Source: Gammaproteobacteria bacterium (GTDB taxonomy: Bacteria; Pseudomonadota; Gammaproteobacteria; Steroidobacterales; Rariloculaceae). Taken from it: 64,000 bases of DNA. Both the position numbers and the translations under genes were made by a program. This document shows, piece after piece, positions 9,626 to 19,197 of the stretch. Each line of letters opens with the position of its first letter. Position 1 is the stretch's first letter. The stretch is from assembly GCA_022819855.1 (NCBI GenBank), contig JAJEGN010000005.1, forward strand, positions 347,061 to 411,060, read 5' to 3'. The notes beneath the pieces were generated by a model. The model was given only the letters and a program-made list of their open reading frames with translations. It ran no database searches and was not told the origin of the DNA.

Positions 9626-9681
9626 CCGTAACGAAACTGCAATCCGTTCGTCACATCGGCTCAACATTTCTTTCCTATTCT
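9626..9681 (+). promoter_or_regulatory. Pho-box-like 11-bp periodic repeats plus -10-like hexamer
   Basis: CCGTAAC-gaaa-CTGCAAT-ccgt-TCGTCAC-atcg-GCTCAAC, then 10 nt, then TATTCT. The first three heptamers each match the Pho consensus CTGTCA(T/C) at 5 of 7. Confidence 0.45.
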
Positions 9682-9798
9682 GCCGCCATGTCAGCGGTGA
9701 CCGGCACAGACGCCAAGCGGTTCGCCCACGCTTCAGCCGTGCTGCCGCGAACGACAGGTTTTTCTTACCTGCCTCGCGAAATCTCTGGAGGAACTTGG

Positions 9799-11370
9799 AT
9801 GATCCACAAGCACGTTTCGTGTGTAGCGGCGTTTGGTGCAGCCACCTTGCTTATCTCAGCCTGTGAGAGCGGCGACGTCAACCTGCAGCCGACGAACGTC
9901 GACAACAGCGTCGACAACAGCATGACGTCGACATCCACTGGCGACAGTTCGAACCCGTGTGCCTCCTACGCGAATGGCGACGAGACCCGGCAGGGCTCGT
10001 TCGACGGCACGAATTGCACCTACGGCCCGAGCTTCGTGAGCTTCTCGAACCCGCTGACGATGGACCTCGAGATACCTTTCATCACCGGCGTGCATATCTT
10101 CCAGGACACGCTTGCCGTCGGTGAGGGTGTGAGTTCCGGTGCGGCGCCGGCCGGGGGCGCCGGCCCGACGCTCACGATCGCGGCGGGCAACACGCTGGCT
10201 TTTCTCGATTCATCCGATTATTTGCTGATCAACCGCGGCTCGCGGATCATGGCCGACGGTTCGCCGACGGCGCCGATCACGTTCACCGGTTACACCGATG
10301 CCATCTCCGGCACAGCGGGCGCCGAGGACGTGCAGCTTTGGGGCGGCGTCGTCATCAACGGCAACGGAATCACGAACAACTGCTCCGACCAGCAGCGCAC
10401 GGACAATACCTGTCATGTCGAGTCGGAAGGCCAGCCGTCCTATTACGGCGGTAACGACAACACCGAGAGTTCCGGGGTGTTGCGCTACGTGGTGGTGAAG
10501 CACACGGGCTACGAAGTCGCGCCGGGCGACGAACTCAACGGCATCTCCTTCAACGCCGTGGGATCGGGCACCACGGTGAGCCACATCCAAACCTACAGCA
10601 CGTTCGATGACGGCATCGAATTCTTCGGCGGCGCCGTGAACGTCGATCACTTCATCGGGCTTTATGTCCGCGACGACTCGATCGACTTCTCCGACGGTTA
10701 TGTCGGAACGGTCGATACCGCGCTGGTGATCCACGCGCAGACCGACGGCAACCGCTGCGTCGAGGGCGACAACATCGGCAGCGGCCGCGCCAGCGAAGGC
10801 GTTGCGCTCGATACCACACCGCAAACGAATCCGACGATCAGGAACATGACCTGCATCCTGTCGAACAGCGACGCCGGTACGCACGATCCCTCCGAAGGCG
10901 TCGTCCTGCGCCGCGGGCCGCAGGCGCAGTTCGTCGACAGCATCATCTTCGGGGGCTACGCGGACGATGTCGGCGAAGACAACGAGTGTTTCGAGATCGA
11001 CGACGGCGTGACCCGCGACTTCGCGCAGAACGGCAACACGACCATGGTCAACACGATCATCGCCTGTGAAGATCCCACGAAGGACAGCCTCGGCAACGGC
11101 GACGATATCTCGGCCTGGGTGCTTGACGAGAGCACGAACGGCGCAAGCTACAGCTTCAACACCGGCAACGTGATCATCGACGATCCGATGAACGCCAATG
11201 TCTCGATTCTCGACTCCTTTTACACGGCATCGTCGCTGACGGACGCCTCGGGCGCCGCGATCGACCTGAGCGGTATCGGCGCTGTGACAAGTGGCGACGA
11301 CTGGACCCGCAACTGGTCCTACGGACTGCACTCGGCGAACCAGGGGCAGGCGCTGTGGTTTGTCCAGTAG
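9799..11370 (+). CDS. Acidic lipoprotein with predicted beta-helix repeats, partner of the downstream TonB receptor
   Basis: GGAGGA SD; lipobox LISA|C; WGGVVINGNG, SGVLRYVVVKHTG, DELNGISFNAVGSGT, DDGIEFFGG, DDSIDF motifs. Confidence 0.8.
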   Translation: MIHKHVSCVAAFGAATLLISACESGDVNLQPTNVDNSVDNSMTSTSTGDSSNPCASYANGDETRQGSFDGTNCTYGPSFVSFSNPLTMDLEIPFITGVHIFQDTLAVGEGVSSGAAPAGGAGPTLTIAAGNTLAFLDSSDYLLINRGSRIMADGSPTAPITFTGYTDAISGTAGAEDVQLWGGVVINGNGITNNCSDQQRTDNTCHVESEGQPSYYGGNDNTESSGVLRYVVVKHTGYEVAPGDELNGISFNAVGSGTTVSHIQTYSTFDDGIEFFGGAVNVDHFIGLYVRDDSIDFSDGYVGTVDTALVIHAQTDGNRCVEGDNIGSGRASEGVALDTTPQTNPTIRNMTCILSNSDAGTHDPSEGVVLRRGPQAQFVDSIIFGGYADDVGEDNECFEIDDGVTRDFAQNGNTTMVNTIIACEDPTKDSLGNGDDISAWVLDESTNGASYSFNTGNVIIDDPMNANVSILDSFYTASSLTDASGAAIDLSGIGAVTSGDDWTRNWSYGLHSANQGQALWFVQ

Positions 11371-11400
11371 GGATCCGGCCGCACAGATGAGGATCCGTAT

Positions 11401-14166
11401 ATGAAACGCATCAGCCGATACCGGTCGGGAAGCAGCCTGCCCGCGCTCGGCCTGGTCGCGCTCGGCGTGCCCCCGGCTGCCGATGCGCAACAGGCGGAAC
11501 AGGACGCGGCGCAGCCGGCCGCCGCGCCGCCGCCCGAGGCCATCGAAGAGGTCGTCGTTGTTGGCCGGCTCAAATCCAGCGCTTTCGATGTCGTCTCCGA
11601 ACGCATCGAACAGGAGGTCGTCACGGATTTCCTCGGCGCGGATGAAATCGCCCGCACGGGCGACTCGACCGTCTCATTGGCCTTGCGCCGCATGCCCGGC
11701 CTGAGCCTGGTCAACGACCAGTTCGTCTACGTACGCGGGCTCGGCGAACGCTACTCCAGCGTGTTGCTCAACGGCGCGCAGGTCCCGTCGCCGGACCTGA
11801 CCCGCAGCGTGCTGCCGCTGGATATCTTTCCGACCGAGATCATCGACGCGCTCGCGGTACAGAAAGGCTATTCCGCCGACATGCCCGCGGCCTTCGGCGG
11901 CGGCAACGTCAACATCGTCACCCTGGGTATTCCGGACAATCCGGTTGCCACGTTCAAGATCCAGTCGGGCTGGAATTTCGACAGCGACGGCGACGGGCTC
12001 TCCTACGCCGGCGGCGGCGACGACAACTTCGGCACGGACGACGGTACTCGCGCACTGCCCGCCGCGATCGACGCGGCGATTCAGCACTATGCCGGAGACA
12101 TCAGCGCAACCGGAATCTTCCAGGGGCTGAGCCGCGACAGCGGTCCGCACGAGTTCTCGGAGGCGCTGGCCATCAACCGGCAACTCGCCACGTCGCTCTA
12201 TCGGGACATCGACCTCGGGGACAAGTCGCTGAATCCCGATGCCGGCATTGAGGCCTCGCTCGGCAATAGCTGGTATTTCGGCGACACGGAGCTTTGGCAG
12301 TTCGGCGCGCTTGGGCAGTTTTCGTACGACAACACCTGGCGCAACCGCGAACGAACGAATCGGTCCGTGCTCAACCCGGACGAGGAGTTCGCCGAGACGC
12401 TGCGCACCGTCAACCAGATCTCGGCGACCGGCGTGCTCAATATGGGCCTGTCGTTCTCCGAGGACCACGAGATCTCGACGAGTTCGTTCTTTATCCGCAA
12501 TACCGAAGATGAAGGGTCGGTGACCACGGGACACGACTTCAACTTCATTCGCGCCGATGGGCGCCGATTTCGCAATTACCGTATCCGCTTCGAAGAGCGT
12601 ACGCTGAACTCCAATCAGATTCGGGGTAGCCACACCATCGGGCCGGATACGACCGACCTGCTGCCATTCCTCGATATCGGCATCCTGGAGGATCTGACTT
12701 ACGACTGGTACTACTCCGATTCGACCGCCGAGACCGATATCCCGAGCGAGATTCTGGTTTCGGCTCAGGACGCGCTCGATCTGGTGAACGGTGCGCTGCT
12801 CTCGACCGAGGTTCGCCGTTCGGGATCGTCGGCCGACTACCGCTACACCGGGTTGCAGGACCAGGTCGAAAGCTACGGCTGGGATCTGGGCAAGACGTTC
12901 TCGAGCGCCAGTATGGACGTTGAGCTCAGTGGCGGCTGGGATTACACGCGCAAGGCGCGAGACTATCTGCAGACCCAGTTGTCGCTCGGCACGACGGCTC
13001 TCGCCGCTCTGCCCGCGCTTCAGGGCACGCCCGGTCAGGTCTTCAGCGACGGCAACATTCTCGATCCGGCGAACGGCTTCCAGATGAACATCGGCGGTAT
13101 CGGCACGGAGAGCTATCTTGCCGCGCAGACCGTCGAGGGCGCGTACCTGAAGGCCGATTTCATGCTGGCGGAGACCTGGCGCATCGTCGCCGGAGCCCGC
13201 TGGGAGCAGTTCGTGCAGACTTCGCTGCCGATCGACCAGCACCAGTTCAATGTGAATGTCGGTCAGCTTGCGGTACCCGCCGACGATCTGGCCTCGCTGG
13301 TGTTCATGGAGGACGAGGTTTATCCGTCGCTTTCGGCGACCTGGATCGCCGACGGATTCCGGGCCGAAACCTTCCAGCTCCGCTTCGGCGTCAGCCAGAC
13401 GGTCGGCCGGCCCGACCTTCGGGAAATCTCCGAATCGACCTACATCGACCCGCTCACCGAAGCCCGGATACGCGGCGCTGCGGGCCTTAAGACTTCGGCG
13501 ATCGACAATTTCGACTTGCGTGCCGAGTGGTTCTTCTCGAGCGGCGACAACTTCACGGTTTCGCTGTTCTACAAGGACATCGCCGATCCGATCGAGACGG
13601 TCCAGGGCGCGGGTACCGACGACAACATTTCGCTGACCTTCGTCAACGCCCAGGGTGCGAAGATCACGGGCGTCGAGCTGGAGTGGCTCAAGGACCTCGC
13701 CTTCCTCGGCGAACGCTGGGGCGAGTGGGTCGAGCCGTTTTTCGTTTCCGGCAACGTGACGTTGAGCGATTCCGAGCTGGTAGTCGGCGACGTCGGGCTC
13801 AACCTCACGAACAATGAACGGCCGATGTCCCAGCATTCGGAGTACTCGGCGAACCTCCAGATCGGCTTCGACTCGTTCGATGCCCGGCATAGCTGGTCGC
13901 TGGTCTATAACACGTTCGGCGAGCGGCTTTTCTTTGCCGGCCGCGACGGCGCGTCTGACGCCTGGGAGCGACCGTTCGATTCGCTCGATTTCGTCTATTC
14001 CTGGTACCCGACCGATCGGTTGACGTTGAAGTTCCGGTTCCAGAACATCCTGGACGAGGCGATCGAAATTCAGCAATTGACTCAGGACGGCGTGTCCGTG
14101 ACGACCCTCGAGCAGAGCGTCAGCACGACGGCGAAGATCGATCTGAGGTGGGACTTCGGGGGATAG
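11401..14166 (+). CDS. TonB-dependent receptor
   Basis: TonB box IEEVVVVG, plug ALRRMPGLS...YVRGLGERYS, C-terminal aromatic strand (LRWDF); 921 aa. Confidence 0.95.
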   Translation: MKRISRYRSGSSLPALGLVALGVPPAADAQQAEQDAAQPAAAPPPEAIEEVVVVGRLKSSAFDVVSERIEQEVVTDFLGADEIARTGDSTVSLALRRMPGLSLVNDQFVYVRGLGERYSSVLLNGAQVPSPDLTRSVLPLDIFPTEIIDALAVQKGYSADMPAAFGGGNVNIVTLGIPDNPVATFKIQSGWNFDSDGDGLSYAGGGDDNFGTDDGTRALPAAIDAAIQHYAGDISATGIFQGLSRDSGPHEFSEALAINRQLATSLYRDIDLGDKSLNPDAGIEASLGNSWYFGDTELWQFGALGQFSYDNTWRNRERTNRSVLNPDEEFAETLRTVNQISATGVLNMGLSFSEDHEISTSSFFIRNTEDEGSVTTGHDFNFIRADGRRFRNYRIRFEERTLNSNQIRGSHTIGPDTTDLLPFLDIGILEDLTYDWYYSDSTAETDIPSEILVSAQDALDLVNGALLSTEVRRSGSSADYRYTGLQDQVESYGWDLGKTFSSASMDVELSGGWDYTRKARDYLQTQLSLGTTALAALPALQGTPGQVFSDGNILDPANGFQMNIGGIGTESYLAAQTVEGAYLKADFMLAETWRIVAGARWEQFVQTSLPIDQHQFNVNVGQLAVPADDLASLVFMEDEVYPSLSATWIADGFRAETFQLRFGVSQTVGRPDLREISESTYIDPLTEARIRGAAGLKTSAIDNFDLRAEWFFSSGDNFTVSLFYKDIADPIETVQGAGTDDNISLTFVNAQGAKITGVELEWLKDLAFLGERWGEWVEPFFVSGNVTLSDSELVVGDVGLNLTNNERPMSQHSEYSANLQIGFDSFDARHSWSLVYNTFGERLFFAGRDGASDAWERPFDSLDFVYSWYPTDRLTLKFRFQNILDEAIEIQQLTQDGVSVTTLEQSVSTTAKIDLRWDFGG

Positions 14167-14172
14167 CCGGGG

Positions 14173-15684
14173 TCAGGCGCCGAAAAGCGCAATGCCGAAA
14201 ATCCGCTGCAGTATCAGGACCAGGCACATGCCGGTGAAGACCACCAGGCTGATCCAGCCGAACCAGGTCGCGAATGTCGATGGGTAGAACATGCGGTCCT
14301 GCTTCGGGATCACCTTGAAGCAGTAATAGAGGTTCAGGAAGAAGATCACCGGAGCGACGAAGTAGGCGAGCGCCGACGCGATGAGCACGAGGTAGACCGG
14401 CCGCGGCACGCCGCCGATGATCAGGACCGACGAGATCAGGGAGAACATCATCGCGGCGCGATAGAGGTTGTACTCGGAGTACCAGCGCCGGCGGTGTTCG
14501 GAGCCCAGTTCGTCTTTCGCGGTTCCCGGCAGCGACGCGGTGCTCCGGAAAAGATTCCGGCAGCAGGCGCCGACGAGGCGCGCCCGGCCGTCGAAATAGT
14601 TGAACGCCGTCGAATACGTGGCGGCCAGCGCGCCCGCGAGGAAGACGATCATCATCTGCGGGCCCACGCTGTCGGTGAAGATGCGCGCGATCTCGCCCAT
14701 GACCGCGTTGCCCTCGACGTCGCTCGGATAGAGCCAGACCGCCGCGAGCATCAGGAAGATCGTGGCGAGCAGAAAGGAAAGCACGTGCCCGACGCCGAAA
14801 TCCAGCAGCCCGATGCGGAACCAGCGCCGGCAGTACTCCCGCACATGGCCCGGAAGCCGTGCCGTATCCACGGCGAGGTCGTGGCCGCCTTCGGCAAAGG
14901 GATCGAAGGGCTTCGCCAGGCCCTGGTTTTCGAGCGCCTGGCGGATCCGCCCCATGCCCACCTTCTTGGCCTTGCCCCATTCGGACGCCTGCAGCGACAC
15001 GTCGATACCGGTCGGCAGCAGTCCGAGAAACGAAGCGATGATCAGCCACGAGCCCTCGGGCGCGTCGAGTTCGAAGAAGTGCACGAATTCGCTCGCAGGC
15101 GCCGGCTGCACGAAATACACCACGATGATCGATACGACCAGCACCCCGGCAGCGACCTTCGTGGCAATCTCGACGGCCGCGAACTTGCCGCGCAGGATGA
15201 TCGTGACGGCCAGCACGGCGAGGATCAGGGCATAGAGCGCAAGTTCCCGATCGTTGTTGAGCCCCGGAATGTCGACGCCGAGATATTGGTTGAAGAAGTA
15301 AAGCACCACGGCGGCCGCGGCGATGAGCCTCCCAGCCTGGCCGACCGCGGCCTGGATCACCGTCGTGATCAGCACGTACCAGACGGGCAGTTTCTTCCAG
15401 GCCGTCGCGTACGCGTCGATGATGCTGCGTCCGGTCGCGTGCGTGAACCTGAACGCCATCTCGAAGCCGTAGTACTTGAAGATGTAGGCGATCGGGATGC
15501 ACCACAGTAGCGCGTATTCGAACCGCCCGCCGGCCGCGGGCGCGGTAACGAGATGACTGGTGCCGATGCCGGTCATCATGAGGATCATGCCCGGACCGAA
15601 TTTCCGGAGCACGCTGCCCGGCGCCATCGACGGCAGTTCGAGCGACTCGAGTTCGTTTCGGGCGGGCTCGTTCGTTGCTGTCAT
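14173..15684 (-). CDS. NRAMP/MntH-like (Nramp-related) divalent cation or APC-fold transporter
   Basis: FGPGMILMMTGIGTSHLVTAPAAGGRFEYALLW N-terminal motif; many TM helices. The true start is ATG 15684, not the long ORF-track extension. Confidence 0.75.
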   Translation of the reverse strand: MTATNEPARNELESLELPSMAPGSVLRKFGPGMILMMTGIGTSHLVTAPAAGGRFEYALLWCIPIAYIFKYYGFEMAFRFTHATGRSIIDAYATAWKKLPVWYVLITTVIQAAVGQAGRLIAAAAVVLYFFNQYLGVDIPGLNNDRELALYALILAVLAVTIILRGKFAAVEIATKVAAGVLVVSIIVVYFVQPAPASEFVHFFELDAPEGSWLIIASFLGLLPTGIDVSLQASEWGKAKKVGMGRIRQALENQGLAKPFDPFAEGGHDLAVDTARLPGHVREYCRRWFRIGLLDFGVGHVLSFLLATIFLMLAAVWLYPSDVEGNAVMGEIARIFTDSVGPQMMIVFLAGALAATYSTAFNYFDGRARLVGACCRNLFRSTASLPGTAKDELGSEHRRRWYSEYNLYRAAMMFSLISSVLIIGGVPRPVYLVLIASALAYFVAPVIFFLNLYYCFKVIPKQDRMFYPSTFATWFGWISLVVFTGMCLVLILQRIFGIALFGA

Positions 15685-16496
15685 GTGTTCACCCGGAGCC
15701 CGTTTCCCGTCGCGTCGGAACCGTCCGGTCCCGGTTCGCCGCCGACCGGCAGGAAAATGAAATTGTAGACATAGTCTGCGGAGGTTGCAGGACGACGATG
15801 CCGCAGGTCTGCGTCGAACGCTTCGATGGGAACGAGCGAGCCCGCATCGACGAAGTGCGCGGAGTAACCCAGGGCGACGATCTCGCCGATGGAGCGTTCG
15901 ATGGCTTGCCCGGTATGGCGTTCCTCCAACTCGATCTGCAGCACCGGCTGGCAACGCTCGATGGTTGACCGTGCGCCGCGAAGGACCTGCGCTTCGGCGC
16001 CCTCGACATCGATCTTGATGAAACCCACGTCCCCGAGGCCGCAGGAATCCAGGGTGCGCGCGCTGACCCGCACGGCGCCGTGCTTCGCTTCGGCCTTCCG
16101 TGGATTCAAGGACCCGCCTGAACCGGAGAACCTGCGCCCGCGCTGCGGGAGGTAGAGATCCACCTCGCCGTCGAGGTCGGACAGGGCGAGCTGATGGGGC
16201 GTGACGTTGTCGGGCAGGGCCCGCTCGAGCCAGCGAAAGACTTTCGGGTTGGGCTCGAACGCATGCACGTGGGACGCAAGCTCCGCCAATACCCGTGCAT
16301 ATACCCCCTTGTTGGCCCCGACATCCACGGCCGTTCGGCCGGCGGGAACGATGTCCGCCAGGACGCGCAGTTCCGCTTCTCCACGCTTCAGGTTCTTGTC
16401 GACCAGATAGCGGGAGTACAACGGCGCCGGGACGAGCCGGAACTTCAGCCACTCGCCGGCCGAAAACCTGGGCGAAAATCGAGATTCGTCGTTCAT
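15681..16496 (-). CDS. FkbM-family SAM methyltransferase
   Basis: AVDVGANKG, VHAFEPNP, FIKIDVEGAE. Start may be 16496 or 16511. Confidence 0.9.
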   Translation of the reverse strand: MNDESRFSPRFSAGEWLKFRLVPAPLYSRYLVDKNLKRGEAELRVLADIVPAGRTAVDVGANKGVYARVLAELASHVHAFEPNPKVFRWLERALPDNVTPHQLALSDLDGEVDLYLPQRGRRFSGSGGSLNPRKAEAKHGAVRVSARTLDSCGLGDVGFIKIDVEGAEAQVLRGARSTIERCQPVLQIELEERHTGQAIERSIGEIVALGYSAHFVDAGSLVPIEAFDADLRHRRPATSADYVYNFIFLPVGGEPGPDGSDATGNGLRVNT

Positions 16497-16631
16497 GGAC
16501 CGGTAGCCCATGGCGGAACTCCGCGTCGCACGGGGCAATCGCAGCGGGGCTCTTCCCACCGGTTGCCGACGCCGCGCCGCACGATCACCGCGGACCGCGA
16601 CCGCGACCGCGGGTGCGGGTCCGTCGATGGA

Positions 16632-17900
16632 TCACTCCACGACGGCTTGCATCACGGCATCTTCGAATTCGGGGCGCATGCCGCGAACCGGCGTCTGGAT
16701 CATGAGCACGCCGACGAGGTTTTCCTCGGGATCGACCCAGAAATGCGTGCCATAGGCGCCGCTCCAGCCGAAGCTTCCCTTTGTCAGGTACGTGTCGCGG
16801 GCCACGGGGTCGGTGACGACGCGTACGCTGAGTCCGTAGCCCTCGCCGGAGGGTCGGCCGGGCAGGCTGTCGGGGATATACGCCGAGCCCATGAGTTCCA
16901 CCGACCTCGGGCTCAGGATCCGCACGCCGTCGAGTTCGCCGCCGTTGGCGAGCATCATCGCGAAGCGCCCGTAGTCGCCGGCCGTCGTCATGAGACCGCC
17001 GGCGCCGGAAGAGTAGTTTGGACCCGACATGCTGTCGGGATTCTCGCGAGGCACGAGACCGTCGTCGGTTCGCGAGTATGAGTTCACCAGACGCTCTCGC
17101 TGCGCCGGACTCGGCCAGAAGGTCGCGTCCTCGATGCCGAGCGGCCCGAACACGCGTTCCTCGAGAAATTCCTCGAAGCGTTGGCCGGAGACGACCTCGA
17201 CGATGCGGCTCAGGACGTCGAACCCGGCCAGCGCGCTGTATGCCCAGCGAGCGCCCGGTTGAAACTCGAGCGGAGCGGCGCCGAGTTCGTCGACCCAGGC
17301 GAGCCCGACATCGTGTCGCGTGCTCGACATGTCCCGGCCGACGCTGTTGCCCATGGGGCCGCTCATGACGCCGGAGGTATGCGTCAGCAGGTCGCGCACG
17401 GTAATCGCCCGGTCCGTCGGGACGGTATAGAACTCGGGCGGCGGGCCGCCGAAGCCGCCAAATCCGCCGCCGGGCGCCGCGCCGCCGCTGCGCATGCCGA
17501 CCTCGGCGCCCTCGAACGATGGCAGAAAGCGCGACACGGGATCGCGCAGGCGAACCTGGCCTTCCTCGACGAGAATCATGATCGCGACGCCCGCGACGGG
17601 CTTCGACATCGACGCGATCCGGAAAATCGTGTCGGTGCGCATCGGCGTCTCCGACTCGACGTCCATGACCCCCTGCGCTTCCAGATGGGCGACCTGGCCA
17701 TTGCGCCCCACGAGCGTCACGGCGCCGGTGATGTCGCCCTGCTCGATGTAGCGGTCGACCAGTTCATTGACCCGCTGCAGCCGCTCCGACGACAGGCCGA
17801 CGCTCTCCGGCTGAACGACCTGAGCGGTGGCGACGAACGCAAGACCGACCAGCGCGACAGCGGTGACGCAGCGCAAGAACCAGGATTTCGATGTATTCAT
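16632..17900 (-). CDS. Serine hydrolase (beta-lactamase class C/EstB-like)
   Basis: FRIASMSKP (SxxK), DLLTHTSG, FQPGARWAYS, FGWSGAYGTHFWVDP; signal peptide. Confidence 0.92.
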   Translation of the reverse strand: MNTSKSWFLRCVTAVALVGLAFVATAQVVQPESVGLSSERLQRVNELVDRYIEQGDITGAVTLVGRNGQVAHLEAQGVMDVESETPMRTDTIFRIASMSKPVAGVAIMILVEEGQVRLRDPVSRFLPSFEGAEVGMRSGGAAPGGGFGGFGGPPPEFYTVPTDRAITVRDLLTHTSGVMSGPMGNSVGRDMSSTRHDVGLAWVDELGAAPLEFQPGARWAYSALAGFDVLSRIVEVVSGQRFEEFLEERVFGPLGIEDATFWPSPAQRERLVNSYSRTDDGLVPRENPDSMSGPNYSSGAGGLMTTAGDYGRFAMMLANGGELDGVRILSPRSVELMGSAYIPDSLPGRPSGEGYGLSVRVVTDPVARDTYLTKGSFGWSGAYGTHFWVDPEENLVGVLMIQTPVRGMRPEFEDAVMQAVVE

Positions 17901-18252
17901 GTTCTTTCCCCGGTGTATCCCCAACTCGCCCGAATCGTACAATGGTACCGGGCCATTGACCAACGACGACGGCACGCCGCAAGTATCGATGGCGCACCAG
18001 CCAGAGACCGGCATGATACCGTGCGTCTTTTCGCGCCCGGCGGCGCTTCAAATCGTTCTGCGGGGCAAGCTTCCGCGCCGTCTTGGCCAAGGACGACGGT
18101 AGCCACGCGCGGCAGGCCGCGGGGCGCGGCAACCCAGCTTGGCGTGCAGGTCGCTGACGGCAGAGTGGGGCGACGGTCCGCGACTGTGGAACCGTGCGGA
18201 GTTACGGCTGCGCGCGCAGCGAAACATCAGGCAACGATGCAAGGATTCAGGC

Positions 18253-19047
18253 TTGAAGAGCGGTAATTGGCAGGATCTGGCAACGACGGACTTCGGAGCC
18301 GTCGATGCCGAAACGACCATTGCCCTGTTTCCCGTTTCGGCCATCGAGCAGCACGGGCCGCATCTGCCGCTCTCGACGGACGCCGAGATTGCTGACGGCA
18401 TCGTTCGGGCGGCGCTCGATGGTCTGCCGAGTCCGCCGACGGTGCTCGTGCTGCCCGGCTTCGTCGTCGGCGACAGCGTCGAACACACCAGTTTCCCGGG
18501 CACGCTGAGCATCGACGCATCAACGCTCGCAGCGGCCTGGTTCGACATCGGCCGCAGCGTCACGCGCGCCGGAATCCGCAAGCTCGTGATCTTCAACAGC
18601 CACGGCGGCCAGAAGGCGCTCGTCGATCTCGCGGCCATGCGGCTGCGCGCGGAACTCGCGATGCTCGTCGTTCGCGCCAGTTACTTTTCGTTCGGCATGC
18701 CGGAAGGGCTCTTCGACGAACGCGAGATTCTGCACGGCGTGCACGGCGGCGAGATCGAGACCTCGCTCATGCTGCACTTGCGTCCGGACCTCGTTCGCCG
18801 CGATGCCCTGGACAGGTTCAGCGGCTTGCCCGAAGCGCTCGCCGACCGCAACGTCGTGCTCGGCGCCGAGAAGCCCGCCGGATTCGCCTGGATGAGCGAG
18901 GACCTGCACCCGGAGGGCGTCTGCGGCGACGCCGCGAGCGCCGATGCCGAGCGCGGGGGCCGCTATCTGGATTACCTTGGCGAACGGCTTCGCACCCTGC
19001 TCGTCGAACTTGCCGAGACGCCGCTCGGGATCATCGACAAGGGCTGA
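18253..19047 (+). CDS. Creatininase-family amidohydrolase (possible formamidopyrimidine deformylase)
   Basis: AIEQHGPHLPLSTD, SVEH, FNSHGG, HGGEIETS; TTG start at 18253. Confidence 0.9.
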   Translation: MKSGNWQDLATTDFGAVDAETTIALFPVSAIEQHGPHLPLSTDAEIADGIVRAALDGLPSPPTVLVLPGFVVGDSVEHTSFPGTLSIDASTLAAAWFDIGRSVTRAGIRKLVIFNSHGGQKALVDLAAMRLRAELAMLVVRASYFSFGMPEGLFDEREILHGVHGGEIETSLMLHLRPDLVRRDALDRFSGLPEALADRNVVLGAEKPAGFAWMSEDLHPEGVCGDAASADAERGGRYLDYLGERLRTLLVELAETPLGIIDKG

Positions 19048-19197
19048 GCGCCGCGGACAGCCGCAATCGTGCGCGCTGGCGGCCCTCGCCTTGGCCACGG
19101 CGCGAACCGCTCGCGCGGCCGCCCAAGGCCCGCCGAGTGGTAACATTGCGCCCCCACGACGATGAGGAGCGGGAGACCGGTGGCCCGCCGCGACGCA

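Noticed and set aside
11674-14076. 800-aa antisense ORF opposite the TonB receptor (similar ones at 48984-50951, 59754-62567, 44741-46675)
   Set aside because: Shadow frames expected in high-GC coding DNA; no motifs, and the opposite strand has clear family matches.
15685-16452. Long N-terminal extension of the transporter ORF in the track
   Set aside because: It overlaps the FkbM gene in another frame and is Arg/Gly-rich noise; homology begins near ATG 15684.
18050-18250. Structured leader upstream of the creatininase gene as an FMN or other riboswitch
   Set aside because: Several GC hairpins but none of the conserved FMN aptamer sequences; a covariance-model search would be needed.
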